A DNA stretch of 64,000 bases, taken from NCBI GenBank assembly GCA_030054115.1, contig JASGCL010000001.1, forward strand, positions 48,788 to 112,787, read 5' to 3'. This document shows positions 28,705-38,163 of this stretch, piece by piece (within the stretch, counting starts at the first letter, position 1; every line of letters begins with the position of its first letter). Below the pieces are notes generated by a model. That model saw only the letters and a list, made by a program, of their open reading frames with translations, searched no databases and was not told the DNA's origin. The DNA comes from Hydrotalea sp. Lineage in GTDB: Bacteria > Pseudomonadota > Alphaproteobacteria > JASGCL01. The position numbers and the translations under genes are program-made.

Positions 28705-28723
28705 GTTTTTTCCTTTTTATTAT

Positions 28724-29863
28724 TTAGGCCAATAAAATTTTTCCATCGTGCGCGACCAATGAACCCTTGATAATATCATCGGTCAGGTTAATCACCAATT
28801 TTTTTTCATCATTATGCCATAAATTGCCAATAAAATTGACAATGTTTTTTGCAAACAGGGCGGAGGCCGAGGCCGGCAGAAGCCGCGCCAAATTCGCCCC
28901 CGGGACAATTTTCACGCCATTGCCGGTTTCAACAATTTTATCGGGCGCATTGCCCGCGACATTACCACCCGATTCAACCGCCATATCAACCACCACCGCG
29001 CCGGTTTTTATTTTTTTCACCATCTCCGCCGTCAATAATTGCGGCGCGGCGCGCCCGGGGATAAGGGCGGTGGTTATGACAATATCAACCTGCGGCAGGG
29101 TTTCCATTATCAAGGCCTGCTGTTTTTTTTGATAGGCCGCGCTCATCGGCTTGGCGTAGCCGCCGGCGGTTTGCGCGTTTTTGAATTCTTTATCCATCAC
29201 CGCCAAAAATTGCCCGCCGAGGCTTTCGACCTGTTCCTTGGTATCGGGGCGCACGTCGGTCGCCATGACCACGCCGCCCAATCGTTTCGCGGTGGCAATT
29301 GCCTGCAACCCCGCGACCCCCACCCCCATGATTAAAAACTTCGCGGGTTTTAATGTGCCGGCGGCGGTCATCATCATTGGCGCGGCCTGACCATAATGTT
29401 GCAGGGCGAGGAGCACCGCACGATACCCCGCCAGGTTCGATTGCGACGATAAAATATCCATATTTTGCGCACGCGAAATACGCGGAATCATTTCCAGGGC
29501 GAAGGCCGAAATTTTTTGGCCAGCCAGCACCTGCAACAATGCGTTATCTTGCCGCGCGTTCAGCGGCGCGATGAGCCACGCCCCGGGTTTCATTTTTTTC
29601 ACCATCGCCGCGGTTGGTGCCATGACCGAGGTAACAATATCCGCACCGGCCAGGGCGGAATCATTATCGGCGATAATATCGCCGCCAATTTTTTTATAAT
29701 CATCGTCAGAAAAACCGGCCGCCGCACCGGCGTTTTTCACCACCGCAATCGACAGATTGTTTTTTTCGCGCAACAATTTCAACGATTCGGGGGTCGCGCT
29801 GACGCGTGTTTCATGGTCGTCACCCCAGCCACCGACCATGTTGTTTAATGCGGACAATTTCAT
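28724..29863 (-). CDS. pntAA: NAD(P) transhydrogenase subunit alpha part 1 (dI, NAD(H)-binding)
   Basis: 379 aa. Alanine-dehydrogenase/PNT-like domain with the Rossmann motif IMGVGVAGLQAIATAKRLGG. Confidence 0.9.
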   Translation of the reverse strand: MKLSALNNMVGGWGDDHETRVSATPESLKLLREKNNLSIAVVKNAGAAAGFSDDDYKKIGGDIIADNDSALAGADIVTSVMAPTAAMVKKMKPGAWLIAPLNARQDNALLQVLAGQKISAFALEMIPRISRAQNMDILSSQSNLAGYRAVLLALQHYGQAAPMMMTAAGTLKPAKFLIMGVGVAGLQAIATAKRLGGVVMATDVRPDTKEQVESLGGQFLAVMDKEFKNAQTAGGYAKPMSAAYQKKQQALIMETLPQVDIVITTALIPGRAAPQLLTAEMVKKIKTGAVVVDMAVESGGNVAGNAPDKIVETGNGVKIVPGANLARLLPASASALFAKNIVNFIGNLWHNDEKKLVINLTDDIIKGSLVAHDGKILLA

Positions 29864-30123
29864 GTGACAACACTAGGCAATCTGGTAAAATTTTTCAATT
29901 GCTAATATGAAAAAAAATTTCTTAAGCGTAATCATTTTTTTTCATCATAAAAAAAGAGGAATAAAAACCAAATGCAAACCCACCATTGCAAATAAAATTA
30001 AACTTAATAATCAACGATATAAACATCGGCGGTGGGGTTGTAATATAATTGATTTGGTTTAGAATCCCCCAAGGTAATTAACCGGCAATAAAATATCACA
30101 AAAAAAACCCTAGGAGAACGCGC

Positions 30124-30249
30124 ATGAATTTTTTAAAAAAATTATTAGCAAGACGTATCTTTCGCAAAAAAAATTTCATGAACATCATCCGGTTATTTTT
30201 TACCATGACCGCGATATTGTCGGTCGCGCAGGGTTTGGCGGCGGCGTAA
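30124..30249 (+). CDS. Putative 41-aa small hydrophobic peptide
   Basis: MNFLKKLLARRIFRKKNFMNIIRLFFTMTAILSVAQGLAAA, with an AGGAGA Shine-Dalgarno 6 nt upstream. Basic N-terminus and hydrophobic C-terminus. Speculative. Confidence 0.2.
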   Translation: MNFLKKLLARRIFRKKNFMNIIRLFFTMTAILSVAQGLAAA

Positions 30250-30431
30250 AAACGCGCGATATACAACCAACCGCGTGGTATTCAAGACGCCTGTCGCCAC
30301 CCTGCCCTCGGCAATAATTGCAAGGTTGATGCTATCCAGCGGGGTGTTTTAGATTCATTTTTTAACTGCGAGCGGTTACAAAAAACACGCTTATAGCTTG
30401 TTTTCTTGGGAGAGATGTTTAATAGAAAGGC

Positions 30432-31070
30432 GTGTCTTTATTTGATAATTTAAATCCTGCTAGTTTTCTAAAATCCTTGTTAGATAACAAGGACGCTGTG
30501 TTTTTCATCATGGCTTTTATTCTGCCGGGTTTTATTTGCGTTAAGTTTTATGAAATTTTGACTGGCCAAAAACGAACTGACGCTAGCCAATTTAGAATGG
30601 ATTTTTTTGCTTACAGCTTAATAAATAATTTTTTTGCTTTGCTATTGGATATAACAATTAATCATTTTCTTGCGTCAAAAACAGATATTGTTAGCTACCT
30701 GCTCTATTTCTTATATTTTGTCATCTTGCCAATTTGTTTAACTTATATCCTTTATTTATCTAGGAAAGCTAACTGGTCTATATGGTTGTTTCAGCATCCT
30801 GATGCTTATGCCTGGGACCATGCCTTTAAGAATGCTAAAAATGGATGTTTTGTCATCGTAACTTTAAACGATGGTAAAAAATATGCTGGGAAATATATTA
30901 GCAAACCACAAGAGAAAAAAACATCCTTTGCCGCCTCTGGTTATTTAGCAAAAGACATATACCTTGCCGAACAATGGGAGTTAAATAAAAATGCCAGCTT
31001 TAAGAAAAAAACTAATCAAACTGGCGGAATATATTTATCAGACATTAAGACTATTGAATTTTTTGAGTAA
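30432..31070 (+). CDS. Hypothetical membrane protein (N-terminal multi-TM region, C-terminal soluble domain)
   Basis: 212 aa, AT-rich. Three to four hydrophobic helices in residues 20-110, then a soluble C-terminal part (CFVIVTLNDGKKYAGKYIS ... GGIYLSDIKTIEFFE). No family recognised. Confidence 0.55.
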   Translation: MSLFDNLNPASFLKSLLDNKDAVFFIMAFILPGFICVKFYEILTGQKRTDASQFRMDFFAYSLINNFFALLLDITINHFLASKTDIVSYLLYFLYFVILPICLTYILYLSRKANWSIWLFQHPDAYAWDHAFKNAKNGCFVIVTLNDGKKYAGKYISKPQEKKTSFAASGYLAKDIYLAEQWELNKNASFKKKTNQTGGIYLSDIKTIEFFE

Positions 31071-31111
31071 AAGTGATAAATTTTGTAATATAATTTAAAG
31101 GAGCGTTAACA

Positions 31112-31280
31112 ATGACTGGAAAATTAATATATACTAAAGATGGACATACACCGCCGAAGTCTACGGGTAACAACGACCAACCAAATAATATAAAAATGAT
31201 ACCCACTCGCGAGGGGTATTTGCCTTTTGGACATACGCCACAAGGGCGAGTCATTGAAGTAAAGCCCCCCAAAACACGTT
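31112..31280 (+). CDS. Putative 55-aa small protein
   Basis: MTGKLIYTKDGHTPPKSTGNNDQPNNIKMIPTREGYLPFGHTPQGRVIEVKPPKTR, with a strong AAAGGAG Shine-Dalgarno 8 nt upstream. Contains an internal repeat (DGHTPPK / FGHTPQG). Not in the ORF track because it is under 60 aa. Confidence 0.35.
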
Positions 31281-31320
31281 AGAATTTTCGGGTGGGTTCG
31301 CGGATAAGATTTTTTATAAA

Positions 31321-31358
31321 AAAAAGGGCGGTTATTACTAACCGCCCTTTTTTATTTT
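31321..31358. terminator. Strong bidirectional rho-independent terminator
   Basis: aaaaAGGGCGGTTAttacTAACCGCCCTttttttattttt: perfect 10-bp stem, 4-nt loop, with an A-run before and a T-run after. It terminates both the small plus-strand ORFs and convergent aroC. Confidence 0.8.
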
Positions 31359-31471
31359 TCTTGAAACTTCTGCGTATTATTAAACGCTCATAACGTAGCT
31401 ATATCGTCAGACGAACACTGCGTCAGCAGTTTTCGTAATTTAAATTGTCAAATCGCGGAGCGATTTTTTTA

Positions 31472-32563
31472 TCAAATAACTTCTCCACACTGCCCGCGAT
31501 GCAATAATAAATGGTCGAGGATGGTTATCGCCATCATCGCCATGGTTATCGGCACGGCGCGAATCGCAACGCATGGGTCGTGTCGCCCCTTCGTCACAAT
31601 GTCGGTGTTGTCGCCATTGGTGGTCACGGTTTTTTGCGGGATAAGGATACTGCTGGTCGGTTTTATCGCCACCCGCACCATAATATCTTGGCCGGTGCTG
31701 ATGCCGCCCAATATGCCGCCGGCGTGGTTCGATAAAAATTCAACCTCACCTTTTTTATTTGCTTGCATCTCATCATTGTTGTCGGTGCCCTCCATCCCCG
31801 CGACATTCATGCCGTCGCCAATCGCCACCGCCTTCACCGCGTTTATCGACATCATGGCGCTTGCCAAATCGGCCGATAATTTGCCGTAAATCGGCGCGCC
31901 AATGCCCGCCGGCACGCCGCGCGCCACCACCTGAACCATGCCGCCAACCGACGAACCTTTTTTCCTTATGCTGTCTAAATAATCGGCAAAGGTTGCGACG
32001 ATTTTTTTATCGGGGGTGTAAAAATCATTGTTCCACACGCCGCCCCAATCGTAATTTTTTTCGTCGCTGTGGTGCCTGCCCATTTGGATAAGCCCGGCAT
32101 CAATGCCATAATCTTTGCCCAATATATGTTGCAACACCTGGTGCGCCACCGCCCCCACCGCCACCCGCATCGCCGTTTCGCGCGCCGACGACCGACCGCC
32201 ACCGCGATAATCGCGCAGGCCGTATTTTTGTTGATACGTATAATCAGCATGGCCCGGGCGAAATTTTTGCGCAATCTCGCCATAATCTTTCGACCGTTGG
32301 TCTTGGTTTTCAATAACCATGACAATCGGCGTGCCGGTGGTAACGCCGTCAAATAGCCCGGAAACAATTTTTACCTTATCCTCCTCCTGCCGTTGCGTCG
32401 TGAAACGGCTTTGCCCGGGGCGACGGCGGTCAAGCCATTGTTGCACCATGGCTTCATCAATTTTTATACGCGGCGGGCACCCGTCAATCACCGCGCCAAT
32501 CATCACCCCGTGGCTTTCGCCAAAGGTGGTGAAACGAAACAAACGGCCAAAACTATTCGACAT
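31472..32563 (-). CDS. aroC: Chorismate synthase
   Basis: 363 aa. N-terminal FGESHG and overall conservation match chorismate synthase. Confidence 0.95.
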   Translation of the reverse strand: MSNSFGRLFRFTTFGESHGVMIGAVIDGCPPRIKIDEAMVQQWLDRRRPGQSRFTTQRQEEDKVKIVSGLFDGVTTGTPIVMVIENQDQRSKDYGEIAQKFRPGHADYTYQQKYGLRDYRGGGRSSARETAMRVAVGAVAHQVLQHILGKDYGIDAGLIQMGRHHSDEKNYDWGGVWNNDFYTPDKKIVATFADYLDSIRKKGSSVGGMVQVVARGVPAGIGAPIYGKLSADLASAMMSINAVKAVAIGDGMNVAGMEGTDNNDEMQANKKGEVEFLSNHAGGILGGISTGQDIMVRVAIKPTSSILIPQKTVTTNGDNTDIVTKGRHDPCVAIRAVPITMAMMAITILDHLLLHRGQCGEVI

Positions 32564-32659
32564 GATTTTTTAACATAAATTTATTATCCCATTTTTACAA
32601 TAGTTCGCGGCGAATGGCAAAGCAATCTGCGTAAGGTTATGCCTTACCCGCCCATAATT

Positions 32660-33628
32660 TTAAGCATCGCCGCGAATGATCAACAACCCGGCGACCAAAA
32701 TCATGAATGCCCCGACCATCGCCAAGATAGTTGGCACCTCACCCCATATCATGAAACCCGCAATAAAGCTTATCAACAACGCGCCATATTCAAACGGCGC
32801 GACCACGCCGGCCGGCGCGGCGCGATAGGCCTTGGCCAGGAATGTCATGCCAAAGGTGCCAACCACGCCGGTCGTCATCAACAACAACAAATCGGATAGC
32901 GTGAACGTCACCCAATCGCGGGTTAAAAAGATTAAGCTTAGATGATGGGGTTCAAATTGAAAAAAATGAAAAACCATTGTCGCCACACCGGCGGCAATGA
33001 AAAACAACGCGGTTTGGTATATCGCCATTACCAGCGGGCTGTCGCCCTGCAAATATTTTCGATTGATGGTTTGCGACAGGGCATAAAAAATCGCCGCCCC
33101 CAATGGTAATAATCCGGCAAAATCAAACACATGTCCCGGGCTGTTCCACGGGCGTAAAATAATCAACGAACCGGCAAAGCCAATGATAATCGCCAATAAT
33201 TGGCGCGGCGTTATGGCATCGCCGACGAACAAAAAACTAAACAACACCAAAAACAATGGCGCGGTTAAAAACATCGACGCGATGGTGGCTATCGGCAATA
33301 CGGGAAAGGCGAGGTAATAGGTGTTGTAGGCCAACACCGCGGTGCAACCGCGAATTGCCAACCACCGCCAGCGCGGCGACCAAATGGCACCGACGCCAAC
33401 CGGTTTGCCATCCAACGACCAACGCGCCATCAACCACAATAATAATGGCATGGCGATAATGCAACGCACCACCATCAATTGGCTGATGGCGTAATCGTGG
33501 CTGACAAATTTTATCACCATATCCTGCAGGGAAAAAACCATGACGCCGATGTTTATATCGATAATCGCACGGCGTTTTATGCGCCGCGATTCATGGTGCG
33601 CGCGCGATGATGTGGTTGCTGTGGGCAT
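32660..33628 (-). CDS. DMT superfamily (EamA-like) transporter
   Basis: 322 aa with about 10 TM helices arranged as two EamA-like halves. Confidence 0.75.
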   Translation of the reverse strand: MPTATTSSRAHHESRRIKRRAIIDINIGVMVFSLQDMVIKFVSHDYAISQLMVVRCIIAMPLLLWLMARWSLDGKPVGVGAIWSPRWRWLAIRGCTAVLAYNTYYLAFPVLPIATIASMFLTAPLFLVLFSFLFVGDAITPRQLLAIIIGFAGSLIILRPWNSPGHVFDFAGLLPLGAAIFYALSQTINRKYLQGDSPLVMAIYQTALFFIAAGVATMVFHFFQFEPHHLSLIFLTRDWVTFTLSDLLLLMTTGVVGTFGMTFLAKAYRAAPAGVVAPFEYGALLISFIAGFMIWGEVPTILAMVGAFMILVAGLLIIRGDA

Positions 33629-33745
33629 GGTCTATCGATTTTTTTTCTCAACGCGGCCACCATACAGCGGCGAACTTGGCATCGCAAGTCATATCATTTA
33701 GCCGTTGATAGGAAAAATATGCGCAATCACAGGTTGATAAGATTC

Positions 33746-33774
33746 TTGACAAGCCGCCCACTATTTGGTATAAA
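33746..33774 (+). promoter_or_regulatory. Near-consensus sigma70 promoter upstream of the tandem secreted-protein genes
   Basis: TTGACA - 17 nt - TATAAA, 24 nt upstream of the ATG at 33798. AGGGGG ribosome-binding site 7 nt before the start. Confidence 0.5.
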
Positions 33775-33797
33775 GAAGGACATTATAGGGGGCATTA

Positions 33798-34508
33798 ATG
33801 AAAAAGCATTTTAAGCAAGCTTTATTTTTAGCTGGTGGTCTGTTTGTATTACTAGCGGGTGACAATGGCCTTTATATAACCCAAGCGCAGGCGCAAGCGA
33901 ACAATGCGGGTAACAGATTCTTCATCAGCGCCGCGCCACAATTTTCATACAGCAATTTTATTGGTATCGGCTGGGGTGGTGGTGTATCGCTGGGCACGAC
34001 CAACGACCGTCGTACCGACGCCTTTAATGTCGATTACCAAAACATGTCGCAAACCTTTGACGCTGGCGGCGACATCAGCAATTTATTAAAAAGCATTCCC
34101 GGGGTTAACCTCAACGTGGACGCCAACGCCAGCGCGACCATGAAAACCCAATTTGCCGCCATAACCTATGATTACGTTGCCAAATTGGAATATGACCAGT
34201 TTGTTGGCTTGATTGGCACCGGCGCAGGGATTGAGGGTTGGATTCTGCACGTAACCGCCGCCGCCGTGGCCAATGCCACGGCCACCGTGTCGGGCGGTGG
34301 GCAAACCCAAACCCAAACCCAATCACAATCAAGCGGCACCGATAAGGAAGTAATCCTTGGCGGGTTATTATTGACGCCGCGCATTGGTTTTGAATGGAAC
34401 GCCACCGATTTATTAGCCCTTGGCATGAACATACGTGGCTTTATCGATTTGCCGGCATTTCCCCTGTCGCGCGGCACGATCGACGTAACGGCAAAATTAA
34501 CATTCTAA
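33798..34508 (+). CDS. Secreted/outer-membrane beta-barrel-like protein, paralog A
   Basis: 236 aa with signal peptide. Gly-rich alternating pattern and a C-terminal Phe, as in OMP beta-barrels. Paralogous to the next gene (IGIGWGGGVSLGTTNDRRTDAFNVDY vs LGIGVGGGISIGLDSGDKTDAGNIDF, and LLTPRIGFEW vs LLTPRVGVEW). Confidence 0.5.
   Translation: MKKHFKQALFLAGGLFVLLAGDNGLYITQAQAQANNAGNRFFISAAPQFSYSNFIGIGWGGGVSLGTTNDRRTDAFNVDYQNMSQTFDAGGDISNLLKSIPGVNLNVDANASATMKTQFAAITYDYVAKLEYDQFVGLIGTGAGIEGWILHVTAAAVANATATVSGGGQTQTQTQSQSSGTDKEVILGGLLLTPRIGFEWNATDLLALGMNIRGFIDLPAFPLSRGTIDVTAKLTF
34302..34331. repeat. In-frame hexanucleotide microsatellite (CAAACC)x3 followed by (CAATCA)x2 inside paralog A
   Basis: caaacccaaacccaaacccaatcacaatca encodes QTQTQTQSQS in a predicted surface loop. 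Confidence 0.6.
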
Positions 34509-34518
34509 AAAAAACATC

Positions 34519-35310
34519 ATGGGCATTAAAACAAAAAAATCTTCCTTCACAACCATTGCGGCCATAGGCCTGTTTGGCATGCTGGCCGGCCTGGCGACCC
34601 GCACCGCGCCGGCAATGGCGGCAGACGACAACGACACAGCAATAACATTGCCAACGGGCAAAAATATCGACTTCAGATGGGTGGACATTAGTGATGATTA
34701 TACTGATGATTATAACAGCGCCAGCCAAAAGCAACCCATCGCCGTTAACAACGCCCGTGCAAATGTGCCATTTACCGTTATCGAACCAACTGTGACCTTT
34801 GGCATGTTGGGCATTGGCGTCGGCGGGGGTATTTCTATCGGCCTGGATTCCGGTGACAAAACCGATGCCGGCAATATCGATTTTCACTATTTGTCGGTCA
34901 CCAACGAAAAGCTTAACCAATTTATTACCGCCGTTAAAGACGCCTATGGCCTGACGTCGTTGGGTCACGTGCCCGCCGCCGCCTCCTTTACCATGTTAAA
35001 CATACCGGTGACATATGATTGGACGGCAAAATTTGGTGGCAACCTCAAACTATTGGTGGGCTCTGGCGTTGGGCTTGACCTTTTCATTTTTTACCCCAAG
35101 GTTGATACCGGCGTTGGCGCGGCCAACGATGCCATATCGAAACTAAACATACCGATTATACCAGAATTTTTATTGACACCACGGGTTGGCGTTGAATGGA
35201 CTATCGACGATGGGTTAGCGATTGGTCTGGACGCACGTGCCTTTGTTGACTTGCCGGCCTATCAACTTTCGCGCATCGCAGTTGATGGTTTGGTGAAGTT
35301 TATATTCTAA
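34519..35310 (+). CDS. Secreted/outer-membrane beta-barrel-like protein, paralog B
   Basis: 263 aa with signal peptide and C-terminal ...VKFIF. Tandem duplicate of the upstream gene, 10-nt spacing. Confidence 0.5.
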   Translation: MGIKTKKSSFTTIAAIGLFGMLAGLATRTAPAMAADDNDTAITLPTGKNIDFRWVDISDDYTDDYNSASQKQPIAVNNARANVPFTVIEPTVTFGMLGIGVGGGISIGLDSGDKTDAGNIDFHYLSVTNEKLNQFITAVKDAYGLTSLGHVPAAASFTMLNIPVTYDWTAKFGGNLKLLVGSGVGLDLFIFYPKVDTGVGAANDAISKLNIPIIPEFLLTPRVGVEWTIDDGLAIGLDARAFVDLPAYQLSRIAVDGLVKFIF

Positions 35311-35360
35311 AAATTTTGTTCCGGTTTGTCGGCTGTCGCTTTTAGCGCAAAGCCCTCCCC

Positions 35361-37976
35361 TTAACGCAATGAAATATGGCCGAAGCTTGGCTTGCCAGGT
35401 GCTGGTGATGGTTGCGCTGTTTGTTGCGTCGTTGCTTGTGCCGGGCGCGCGCCGGCTTGCGGTGGCTGTTGCGGCGCCATTGCTTGGGGCGCGCCACCGC
35501 CCATCATCTGTGCCAGCTGTCCCATCATCTGTGCCGGCATTCCACCCGGCATACCGCCAGCGGGCATCATCATGCCGGCGGGCATTCCACCCGGTGTGCC
35601 CGCGCCGCCCTGTTGTTGTTTGGTTTGTTGTTGCAAATACATCGGCAATATTTTTTCGGTTTCAGCCATTGCCACCATCTTGCCATCCTGCATCACCATC
35701 ATCATGTCGGCCACCGACAATAATTTGGTGTTGTGGGTGATGAAAATCACGGTGCGGCCGGCTTGCTTCAGGGCGGTAATGGCGTTCAGCAGGGCGACTT
35801 CGCCCGCGGTATCAAGGTTCGAATTGGGTTCATCCATCACGATAACCGCCGGGTCGGTATAAAGCGCGCGCGCCAGGGCGATTTTCTGCCTTTGCCCGGC
35901 GGATAATTTTACACCATCGATACCGATATCGGTTTCATAATTTTTATCCAACCGCATGATAATCTCGTGGCAATTGGCTAGCTCGGCCATTGCCACCACC
36001 CGTTCCATGTCGGGGGTTTGAAAACGGGCGATGTTTTCGGCGACCGACCCTTCAAACAATTCGACCGTTTGTGGAACATAACCAATAAAATTCGGCCGGT
36101 CGTTGGGGTTTAAATTATTAATATCGGCACCATCGATACGAACAAAACCGCGCATCGGTCGCCACACGCCACACAAAAATTGGGCAAAGGTGGTTTTTCC
36201 CGCGCCCGATGGCCCGACCACCGCCGTCACCGTGCCGGGCATAAATTGCGCGCTGATGCCTTGGATAATGGGGCGGGTTGCGCCGGGGGGCGAACCAACC
36301 AATTCCTCGACCGCGACGATTCCTTTCGGCCGGGGCAGGCGCAATTCGTTGTCGATGTTCGGCGGGAATTGGCTGAGCATTGTGCTGAGGCGCAGGTAAG
36401 CAAACCGCGCGGTTGAAAATGACCGCCAGCCGCCAATCGCCATATCCACCGGTTGCAAAACCTTGCCAACAATAATCGAACAGGCGACAATCAACCCGGG
36501 GCTTAATTGGTCGGTCAAGACAAGGTAGCTCGCCAAACCCAAAACCAACGATTGCAACAATTGCCGCAACGACCGCGACAGGGTGGACAGGGTCGCCACC
36601 GTGTCCTGCGCCTTGGTCATTAAATTAACCGTCGGTTCATAATTTTCGCGCCATTTTTTTTGCATCGACCGCATCATGCCCATTGCCTGCAACACGTCGG
36701 TGTTGCGCAATGATGTTTCGATAAATTGCGATGCCTGGTTTGAATAGGTTGCCGAATTGCGGAAGGGGGTTTTGGAGGCAACCTCGGTCATGACCGCCAA
36801 GATAAAAACCAACACCATGCCGACCAGGGCAAAAATACCCATGACAGTATTGATATAAAACAATATGCCCAAAAACATAAATGCCCATGGCGTGTCGTAA
36901 ATCACAAATATCAGGGGCGAGGTGATGAACATTCGCACCTGTTCCATATCGCGCACCGCGCCCGACCCGACCGGCCGGTTGCGCATTAGGTTATTAAGGA
37001 ACGCCGATTCAAAAACACTATCCTGCATCGCAAAGTTGATATAGGCACCGATGCGCCCCATGATTTTTAGGCGAATCGCCTCGAGCATCGATTGAAACCC
37101 CATCAAAAAAATGGCGATGGCGGTCATCGACACCAGCGTGCTGGTGTTGGCCGACCCGAGGACGCGGTTATAAATTTGCATCATAAAAATCGGCGGCACC
37201 AGCATCAAGACATTAATAAACACCGAAAAAAACCCGATGGTTATCAAGGTCGAGCGATAATAGCTGATAAGTTGCCTTATCGGGTCGCGTTTCCATTGCA
37301 CCGATTGGCGAATATGTTTTGCCGACAGCACAAAATTGCCGTCGCTGGTGATTTCGGGTCGCGGTCTTTTATTGAGGAAAATATCCTTCAAAAAATTCCA
37401 CAGCGATTCCACATCGGCCCCCGCGCCATCCCCTGCTGACGCCTTACCATTTGGCCGTTGCCCGCGCGGCCGCGCGGTGTTTTGCCTCGGCGGTTGTTGC
37501 GCGCTTGCTTGGTAATTTTGTTGTGGATTTTGTTGATAAGATGTTTGACCACCGCCATCGGTTGCGGGTGGCGGTTCGGTGGTTGTGCCTGGCGTAATAC
37601 CTTGATTGGCGACCTGCGCCATTTGCGTCATGGCCTGGGCAACGGCTTGCTCCATGGTTCGTTCGGGCAATGGTTGCGGTGCGAATGATTGCGGTTGAGA
37701 TTGCATCGGTGGTGTTTGCGGCCGCGCACCATTACCATTGCTTACTGGTCGCCTTATCGGGCGTCTCATCGGTTGTCTTATGGTGGGGCGGGGTGGCCTG
37801 GGAGATTGCGCCGGCATGGTTGCCATGGCCGGCCGTTCGGCGGTTGATTGCATTGGCGGCTGACCTTGTGGACGGGCTTGCGGGCGACCGCGGTATTGAC
37901 CTTGCGGGCGCGGCCTCATCCCCGGTCGCGATGGTCGCGGGCGAAATTGGTTTGGTCGTGGGGGTTGCTGGGCCAT
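35361..37976 (-). CDS. Type I secretion system permease/ATPase (PrtD/HlyB-like, no C39 peptidase domain) with long low-complexity N- and C-terminal extensions
   Basis: 871 aa. The central 560 aa are a typical T1SS ABC exporter (6-TM domain, Walker A GPSGAGKT, signature LSAGQRQ, Walker B VIVMDEP). About 200 aa of P/Q/R/G-rich sequence precede the first TM. About 100 aa of Q/G/M/P-rich sequence follow the nucleotide-binding domain. Confidence 0.8.
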   Translation of the reverse strand: MAQQPPRPNQFRPRPSRPGMRPRPQGQYRGRPQARPQGQPPMQSTAERPAMATMPAQSPRPPRPTIRQPMRRPIRRPVSNGNGARPQTPPMQSQPQSFAPQPLPERTMEQAVAQAMTQMAQVANQGITPGTTTEPPPATDGGGQTSYQQNPQQNYQASAQQPPRQNTARPRGQRPNGKASAGDGAGADVESLWNFLKDIFLNKRPRPEITSDGNFVLSAKHIRQSVQWKRDPIRQLISYYRSTLITIGFFSVFINVLMLVPPIFMMQIYNRVLGSANTSTLVSMTAIAIFLMGFQSMLEAIRLKIMGRIGAYINFAMQDSVFESAFLNNLMRNRPVGSGAVRDMEQVRMFITSPLIFVIYDTPWAFMFLGILFYINTVMGIFALVGMVLVFILAVMTEVASKTPFRNSATYSNQASQFIETSLRNTDVLQAMGMMRSMQKKWRENYEPTVNLMTKAQDTVATLSTLSRSLRQLLQSLVLGLASYLVLTDQLSPGLIVACSIIVGKVLQPVDMAIGGWRSFSTARFAYLRLSTMLSQFPPNIDNELRLPRPKGIVAVEELVGSPPGATRPIIQGISAQFMPGTVTAVVGPSGAGKTTFAQFLCGVWRPMRGFVRIDGADINNLNPNDRPNFIGYVPQTVELFEGSVAENIARFQTPDMERVVAMAELANCHEIIMRLDKNYETDIGIDGVKLSAGQRQKIALARALYTDPAVIVMDEPNSNLDTAGEVALLNAITALKQAGRTVIFITHNTKLLSVADMMMVMQDGKMVAMAETEKILPMYLQQQTKQQQGGAGTPGGMPAGMMMPAGGMPGGMPAQMMGQLAQMMGGGAPQAMAPQQPPQAGARPAQATTQQTAQPSPAPGKPSFGHISLR

Positions 37977-38112
37977 GGTAAAAATGCAAGGTGGGACAAG
38001 AGCAGGGTATTTACCTGTCTTTTATGCAAATTAAGACTTTTTTATGATAATTGCAACTGCCAAGAAAGGCAGGGGGTATTTTATATTTTTTACTAGCAAT
38101 TCTTCCCTACTC

Positions 38113-38141
38113 TTGACTATTTAAGGAAATGCTACTATTAT
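38113..38141 (+). promoter_or_regulatory. Putative sigma70 promoter for the DUF262/DUF1524 gene
   Basis: TTGACT - 17 nt - TATTAT, about 22 nt upstream of the ATG at 38164. Confidence 0.4.
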
Positions 38142-38163
38142 ATCATCATAGATAGCATAAAAG

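Noticed and set aside
35369-35862. Plus-strand ORFs (123, 156 and 103 aa) at 35369-35862, and two more at 37458-37981, overlapping the T1SS ABC gene
   Set aside because: They fall inside the repetitive GC-rich low-complexity tails of the ABC gene where most frames are open. Their translations are Cys/Ala/Gly-rich nonsense, with no ribosome-binding site or independent support.
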